A stretch of 64,000 bases of DNA, taken from the IMG/VR virus record IMGVR_UViG_3300032050_000061, positions 1-64,000 of that record; one strand, given 5' to 3'. The position numbers and the translations under genes were made by a program. This document shows, piece after piece, positions 58,224 to 64,000 of the stretch (positions are counted from its first letter, which is position 1; the number at the start of each line of letters is the position of its first letter). The notes beneath the pieces were generated by a model. That model ran no database searches, was not told the DNA's origin, and saw nothing but the letters and a program-made list of their open reading frames with translations. Source of the DNA: a virus.

Positions 58224-59510
58224 TTATCCGTTTCCTGCTGAACCGAATGCCGTTTGTAATCCAGCGAAGTTTAACTTAGCCCTAGCATAGATTGCAGTTC
58301 CACTTTTGTAATCGTATGTATTAGAACTATATGAAGATACGTTAGCTAAGACACTTCCAAATCCACTATCTGATGCAATTTGTATTTCATAAGAATAGTT
58401 CGCGGTAATTGCAGTTGAACCAGGTGAAGTTACTGCATTATTTGGGGAAAGAGTTAATCTTCTATAAGTTTCACCCCCAATAGTTACGGTTGATACTGAT
58501 ACGGTTGGTGTGGTTGAAATAGAATACCCCGCAAATGAGTTTGCTCCCTTATTATGGGTTACGAATCCATTTACTATGTAAGTATCCACTTCTTCAACGT
58601 CTATTGAAACAACCTCTATTGTAGTGTTTTGAACGGTATTTGATACCACATTTACCTCTTCAATACTACCATCTAAATTTACTTTAATAAATCTATCGTT
58701 TTCTTGAATTAATCCTAATGGTTTAAATTTGTAAACTTCTTCGTTTATATCAAAAACCATCATAGGGTGTTCACCATTTCCTTTCACCGAACCGCTATCT
58801 GTTGTTACAATGTTCCATCTATCCACAAATGTATATGCCACATCTTTAACATATGAATCGACCATTATTCCACCTGCGGTATAATAAGTCCAATCATAAA
58901 AGTTAAAATCGGTAAGGGTATCAACATGCGGTGGGTAGTAAGAACGAACTATATCACCCTCTACTAAATCACCCGCTTTCTTTGTCGTTCCATCTGCCAT
59001 TAAAACATCTTCATCTAAATGTAAACACAATCCACTCGCACCCGCATAATCATCTACATTATAAACAGTCTTATCTTTTACGGTATCATATCCTGTTGCG
59101 TGGTCATTAAATGTATCCCTAAATCTTACCGAAAGTGTTCTCGCAGTAGGTGCCGCCAAAGTAGACGAGTTTCCTATTCCATTCGCGGTTACGGTTGGAT
59201 TATATGGAGGATTTGCTTGAATTGAAAATTCTGCACCTACTGATAAAGACCAAGTAAAGTTATTAGTTACACTACCTATACGGCTTAAAAAACGACTACC
59301 TGCATCAGTAAATCCTAATGTAAAAGTTTCACCGGTAGATTCTTTAACGTATGTAAATCCACTTATTGAATCAACCGAATCAATACCGAATTGTGACATT
59401 GCTATTGGTCCTGATGTAGTTCCTGCTGCAGAAGATAGTGAACTTGCAGCCGCTGCTGTTGCCACTTTAAGATTTCCTAATGAAAGGGTATTTCCATTTA
59501 CTCTAGGCAT
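58224..59510 (-). CDS. Probable virion protein with an internal Hint (BIL-like) domain, C162-N320
   Basis: CLHLDEDVLMADG..., NGEHP, IDVEEVDTYIVNGFVTHN followed by K. Confidence 0.85.
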   Translation of the reverse strand: MPRVNGNTLSLGNLKVATAAAASSLSSAAGTTSGPIAMSQFGIDSVDSISGFTYVKESTGETFTLGFTDAGSRFLSRIGSVTNNFTWSLSVGAEFSIQANPPYNPTVTANGIGNSSTLAAPTARTLSVRFRDTFNDHATGYDTVKDKTVYNVDDYAGASGLCLHLDEDVLMADGTTKKAGDLVEGDIVRSYYPPHVDTLTDFNFYDWTYYTAGGIMVDSYVKDVAYTFVDRWNIVTTDSGSVKGNGEHPMMVFDINEEVYKFKPLGLIQENDRFIKVNLDGSIEEVNVVSNTVQNTTIEVVSIDVEEVDTYIVNGFVTHNKGANSFAGYSISTTPTVSVSTVTIGGETYRRLTLSPNNAVTSPGSTAITANYSYEIQIASDSGFGSVLANVSSYSSNTYDYKSGTAIYARAKLNFAGLQTAFGSAGNG

Positions 59511-60516
59511 TGTATATATTTAATAATTTTGTTTTCCAATTTGTGCTATCACTAAACTTATTTATGAGTTGCGATTTTAAAGAATTGAACTCTTCAACTT
59601 TTTCCTCATAAGATAATTGTATGATACTCTTATAAATATTTACAAATTCTCTTTTACTATCAGCTCTGAATTTATAATTTATATCAACACACCAATCCTC
59701 ACTTAAAATAGGTAACTTTCCCCAATCCACATTCTGAAATATAGAATACCCAAATGGTTCAGCATTAAAAGCAGAGTGTGAAATTCCCCAATCCATTTCA
59801 TAATACCTATCACTATATTCGCTCTCAAATTGAATCTTTTTTAACTTCGAAAAATCTAAATCGTATTCCTTTTTCCAAGTTTTTTGAAAAGGTCTTATAT
59901 TCGTAAACATAAAACCTTCTAATCCATCTAAATAATGTGGATTTTTTCTTACTTCACATCTTGAAGTAAATCCTATTTTATTTGAATTTGATAACTCTTT
60001 ATTTTGGATAAATTGGTAATAAGATGGTATCGAAACATATCCTTTAAACACATCTTCATGCAATTCATACAATCCTACCCACATTTTATTTTTAGCACCA
60101 ACTAAAATTTTATTTTCCCATTCCTTCGAATAATGTGGTATCCAACCAAATTGTAAATCCGATAATCCACTTTGAACATAAACTTTAGATAAATCATTAT
60201 GAATTACATAACTCCATAATTTATCTAAATTTTCTTCTATTAATTCTAATGGTGTATAATGAGCATGTAGAATATTTAATCTTCTACATTCTCTAAATTT
60301 TTCTTCAAATATATCTTTATGATTCCCACTTTCATCGTTATACCAATAATGTTCTATCGGTATTTCAAAATTAAAATCAATTGGTTTGTTTCTATAAATA
60401 AGTAAAACCGGTTGAGTGTCTAAGTCTTTACTTATTTCACTCAACCAATTATTTACCCAAATATCTACTCCGGTATTGATTTTACCTATTCCTGTGGTAA
60501 AATATACATCAAACAT
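59503..60516 (-). CDS. GT-B glycosyltransferase-like protein
   Basis: TGVDIWV, SRCEVRKN, AEPFGYSIFQ..DWGKLP. Confidence 0.65.
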   Translation of the reverse strand: MFDVYFTTGIGKINTGVDIWVNNWLSEISKDLDTQPVLLIYRNKPIDFNFEIPIEHYWYNDESGNHKDIFEEKFRECRRLNILHAHYTPLELIEENLDKLWSYVIHNDLSKVYVQSGLSDLQFGWIPHYSKEWENKILVGAKNKMWVGLYELHEDVFKGYVSIPSYYQFIQNKELSNSNKIGFTSRCEVRKNPHYLDGLEGFMFTNIRPFQKTWKKEYDLDFSKLKKIQFESEYSDRYYEMDWGISHSAFNAEPFGYSIFQNVDWGKLPILSEDWCVDINYKFRADSKREFVNIYKSIIQLSYEEKVEEFNSLKSQLINKFSDSTNWKTKLLNIYNA

Positions 60517-60519
60517 TTA

Positions 60520-63500
60520 TTATAAACCTTTTTGTTTCTTCAAATTTTCAATTTCAACTTTCATATCGTTGATTTGAATTTGCTGTTCTTTTATACCTTC
60601 AATCAATAAAGCGACTAACTTATCATATTTAACTGCCTTATATCCACTTTCTCTTGTTTGAACTAATTGTGGTAATACTGCTTCAATTTCCTGTGCGATA
60701 ACACCTACATCATTTCCTTCATAACCATGTTCTATTTTATTTTCCTCTTTCCAATCAAATGTGTTACCACTAATTCTATTAATTTTTTCTAATGGATTTT
60801 CAATAGGTTTTATGTTATCTTTAAATCTCTTATCTGAAGATGAATAAGCCACAACATCGTTTGTTGCATCAATTCTACCAGCGGTAGCAGATGCGGCCAT
60901 CCCAACTCCTAATGAGTTAAACTGAACGTTTGATGAAGTTCCTACTGCTTGTCCAATTGAAATTGTTACGGCACCGGTTCCTGCGCTTACACCAACTCCC
61001 GTCCCAGCTACTGCTGAAGTAACACCGGTATTTGTAATTGTTACTGCTCCGGTTGCACCACTTACTGAAATACCTGTTCCGGCAACATTAGAGGTTACAC
61101 CCGCATTTGATAAAGTTACTGAACTTCCTAATGATACGGCTCCTCCACCACTTAATCCCGTTCCTGCGGTTACAGTCACCGAAGAGTTAGTAAGAGAACC
61201 ATTACCTATATTTGAAAGTGTATTCGATGCTCCACTAATTGTTTTATTAGTAAGAACTTGTGCCCCAGTCAAAGTAGCAACAGTTGAATCGATTGAAAGA
61301 GTTCTTGTTGTAGTTATATCACCCCCTCCTGTCAAACCTGTTCCTGCACTAATAGAAACCGCACTATGGTCAATGTGTCTATTCGCTTCATATCCCGTTG
61401 TTGAGTTATGAGCCACTTGTGATGAACCACTAAATGCCCCAATCGCATTACCAATTGTTGCCGCAGTAATCGTTCCACCCAATGATGTTGATTGCCCCGC
61501 GATTGTGATTGAGTTATTAGTTAATCCAATTGTAGGAGTTGCTCCCTCACCACTATTGTTTGAAAGAGTTATATTTGTTCCCGCTACCAAACTTGCTACA
61601 TAATCACCGGTTGTATCACTACCCAATGCTACTGAATTCGCTTGAATTGTCGCAACACCATTTGATGCAATTAAAACGTCACCACTAATTCCAGAGAAAA
61701 CTTGTGAAGAACCTGATAACACATTATCAGCATTCAATTTAGTTTTTACTCTTGTATCAGTATAGTATTTGTTTGTTACACCTTCAACCAAATCATCAGT
61801 ATCTACCGATGGTAAAGTTGTTATTTGTGCTGAACCAGAGAATACACCTGTTCCACTTAATATAGTAGCCGCGGTTATACTTCCACCTAATGCAGTTGAA
61901 TTTCCTGCTATTGTAATCGTATTGTTTGTGATTTGAGTACCATTGATTTGAGAAGAACCTGATACTAATGGTGTTACAGTTGAAACTATTGATCCTGTTA
62001 TCTCAGTATTTGAATTTATAGAAACTTTTGTTCCGGTATCACTAATATTACTATCTCCTAAATGTTCAGCGTTTACCGATTTTACTAATCTATTTGTGGT
62101 AGGATATAATTCTGAACCTAAAGAATCGTATGATTGAGGCCCCATTAACAATACTGAAGAAGTAATTGATGCCCCAGCTACTGCCTGATGAACATATATC
62201 CATTGGTCATTTATCGAATCAAATAATAATGAACCAGAAACTTGTGGTGATGACCCACTATCAATTACTGATAATCCACCAAAACGAATAGATGGATTCA
62301 ATGCATTTACTTTTACAATATTTGTCCCAACATTTAATTCAGATGAACTAATATTTTGAATTGAAGATGAACCTGCAACAACTAAATCTTGTGAAATATA
62401 TAATGAACCGGTAATTACTTGATTACCCTGAAATATATTACTTCCGGTTGTTGCATAGCTTCCACTTACCCCTTCAATAGAATTTAATCTACTATCTTGC
62501 GAAGCATTTGTTACAGCAACTGAACTACTTAATGCATTTGGTATAGCGGCAATAGATGAACTAAATGCTGAATACCCTGTTGTATTTGAAATAGTTACTT
62601 GCGAAGAACCACTTATTACACTATCAGCATCTAATTTACTTTTAATAGTAGTGTTGATAGATGATGTGAATGAGTTTAATGAAGCAGTTGAGGTATGAAT
62701 AGCACTAATATTTGTATTATTAGATGCGGTATATGAATTTAAACTTGCAGTTGAGGTATGAATCGCACTAATGTTTGTATTATTGGATGCGGTATATGAG
62801 TTCAACGAAGAAGTTGCAGTAAATAATAAAGTATTTCTACTATCCTGTGATGCAGTATAAGAATTCAAACTTCCACTTGCAGTTTCTAATGCATTAATTC
62901 TCAAAGATTGACTATCGTTAGTTCCTGCATTAGAAGAAGTAAATGAATTAAAATCACTTCTTATACTTCCGCTCGCAGTTTCTAATGAACTTAATCTATT
63001 ATTTTGTGTATTATTATTTGAATCATTAGATGCAGTATAAGTGTTTAAACTTCCCGTTGAAGTTTCCAAAGCATTTAATCTTACATTTTGTGCATTTTGT
63101 GCTATTTGTTGAGATGCAGTTGTGCTATTTACACTCGCTGAAAAACTTTCTAATCCATCTAATCTACCATTTTGTGATGTGTTAGTTGTATTGTTAGAAG
63201 ATGTGTAAGTATTAAATTCATTTGCCAATACTAATCTGTCTTCGTTTCCAACTGCTCCTGCTTTCCAATAATCATTTGTAGTATCCCATAATAAAGAACC
63301 TGATGTTGTTGTTCCACCAGTAGCATCTCTTACGATTATACCACCATTTGTAGCACCTGTTCCATTTAGGGAGATTATATTATCTCCTATGTCTACGGTT
63401 GTAGAGTTGATTGAAGTAGTTGTTCCCTTAACTAAAAGGTCTCCTTTCAATGTTACTGAAGAACCAGTAAATTCAATTGCATTTGCTACTGATGAAGAAA

Positions 63501-63999
63501 AAGTTAATAGGCTACTACTAACACTTTCTAATGAACCTAACTTATTATTTTGAGTTGTATTAGTAGCATCGTTTGAAGCAGTATAAGTGTTTAAACTTGC
63601 TGTCGTAGCTTCGATTGCAGTTAATCTACTATTTTGAGTATTATTAGTTGTATTATTAGATGCGGTATAAGTGTTTAATGAAGAGGAATAAGTATGGAAT
63701 GATTGTTCTAAACTTCCACTCTTTGTTTCTAATGAATTTACTCTTCCTATTAAAGAAGCAGTTGTAGTTTGAATACTATCTAATCTACTATTAACCGAAG
63801 AACTATATTGTTGAGCATTTCCCAATCCTGCAATTGTCGAACCACTTACTTCACCACTTACTTTAAAATCACCACTAGCATTTGATGTTAGAGTTCCAAC
63901 AACTGTGTTTGTTCCTGGATTAACAATTTTGATTGAACCAGTTGAGATATAAAGGTCTCTCCACGCTTTTGTTTCACTACCTAAATCAAAAGTGTTTGT
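60520..63999 (-). CDS. Tail fibre with C-terminal peptidase S74 intramolecular chaperone; start lies beyond the window
   Basis: Frame stays open past 63825 to the edge (TNTFDLGSETKAWRDLYISTGS...); SSDKRFKDNI, GVIAQE, VKYDKLVALLIEGIKE. Confidence 0.9.
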   Translation of the reverse strand, partial: TNTFDLGSETKAWRDLYISTGSIKIVNPGTNTVVGTLTSNASGDFKVSGEVSGSTIAGLGNAQQYSSSVNSRLDSIQTTTASLIGRVNSLETKSGSLEQSFHTYSSSLNTYTASNNTTNNTQNSRLTAIEATTASLNTYTASNDATNTTQNNKLGSLESVSSSLLTFSSSVANAIEFTGSSVTLKGDLLVKGTTTSINSTTVDIGDNIISLNGTGATNGGIIVRDATGGTTTSGSLLWDTTNDYWKAGAVGNEDRLVLANEFNTYTSSNNTTNTSQNGRLDGLESFSASVNSTTASQQIAQNAQNVRLNALETSTGSLNTYTASNDSNNNTQNNRLSSLETASGSIRSDFNSFTSSNAGTNDSQSLRINALETASGSLNSYTASQDSRNTLLFTATSSLNSYTASNNTNISAIHTSTASLNSYTASNNTNISAIHTSTASLNSFTSSINTTIKSKLDADSVISGSSQVTISNTTGYSAFSSSIAAIPNALSSSVAVTNASQDSRLNSIEGVSGSYATTGSNIFQGNQVITGSLYISQDLVVAGSSSIQNISSSELNVGTNIVKVNALNPSIRFGGLSVIDSGSSPQVSGSLLFDSINDQWIYVHQAVAGASITSSVLLMGPQSYDSLGSELYPTTNRLVKSVNAEHLGDSNISDTGTKVSINSNTEITGSIVSTVTPLVSGSSQINGTQITNNTITIAGNSTALGGSITAATILSGTGVFSGSAQITTLPSVDTDDLVEGVTNKYYTDTRVKTKLNADNVLSGSSQVFSGISGDVLIASNGVATIQANSVALGSDTTGDYVASLVAGTNITLSNNSGEGATPTIGLTNNSITIAGQSTSLGGTITAATIGNAIGAFSGSSQVAHNSTTGYEANRHIDHSAVSISAGTGLTGGGDITTTRTLSIDSTVATLTGAQVLTNKTISGASNTLSNIGNGSLTNSSVTVTAGTGLSGGGAVSLGSSVTLSNAGVTSNVAGTGISVSGATGAVTITNTGVTSAVAGTGVGVSAGTGAVTISIGQAVGTSSNVQFNSLGVGMAASATAGRIDATNDVVAYSSSDKRFKDNIKPIENPLEKINRISGNTFDWKEENKIEHGYEGNDVGVIAQEIEAVLPQLVQTRESGYKAVKYDKLVALLIEGIKEQQIQINDMKVEIENLKKQKGL
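62684..62809. repeat. 63 bp tandem duplication in the tail fibre (SLNSYTASNNTNISAIHTSTA x2), within a longer degenerate coiled-coil repeat array
   Basis: Copies start at 62684 and 62747 and differ only at synonymous positions. Confidence 0.85.
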
Positions 64000-64000
64000 A

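Noticed and set aside
58551-59027. Canonical mobile intein
   Set aside because: The +1 residue is Lys, there is no endonuclease, and the host is not a conserved enzyme; it fits a BIL-type Hint better.
63823-63825. TTG start of the tail fibre given by the ORF track
   Set aside because: The frame stays open with fibre-like sequence to the window edge, so the real start is outside the window.
1-64000. Stop-codon reassignment
   Set aside because: Long genes are intact under code 11, and TAG (e.g. 10270) and TGA (e.g. 864) end genes right at the next gene's start.
1-64000. tRNAs, structured ncRNAs, introns, homing endonucleases, reverse transcriptase/DGR
   Set aside because: None recognised; intergenic gaps are short and explained by promoters and terminators. 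A covariance-model search was not possible, so small RNAs cannot be fully excluded.

Overview
This 64 kb window is part of a large, AT-rich (roughly 30% GC by eye) T4-like myovirus genome. Every credible gene lies on the minus strand and uses the standard genetic code. Eight identically spaced TTGGA-N18-TAnnTTT(G/A) promoters point to a Bacteroidota host. In transcription order (right to left) the window holds: a tail fibre with an S74 chaperone (truncated by the window edge), a glycosyltransferase, a Hint-domain protein, tail sheath and tube, a small promoter-driven island, a tail assembly chaperone with an unannotated frameshift extension, tape measure and baseplate genes, a PhyH oxygenase, a miniature PolA, and a 1407 aa mosaic protein. 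Next comes a T4-like replication and nucleotide module (SSB, RecA, 5'-3' exonuclease, DnaB, RNR, thioredoxin, PolB, clamp, clamp loader). Embedded in it is a candidate DNA hypermodification set: AsnB-like amidotransferase, GNAT, three paralogous SPPY methyltransferases, a DPPY methyltransferase, MTA/SAH nucleosidase and an Nmad1 protein. The window ends with a glycosylation cluster of six glycosyltransferases and modular head-type proteins. The best candidates for undescribed systems are (1) the AsnB/GNAT/MTase/nucleosidase modification pathway and (2) virion glycosylation, suggested by dense [ST]-[GAS]-S motifs in surface regions of tail proteins. All functional calls come from motif recognition by eye; no searches were run.
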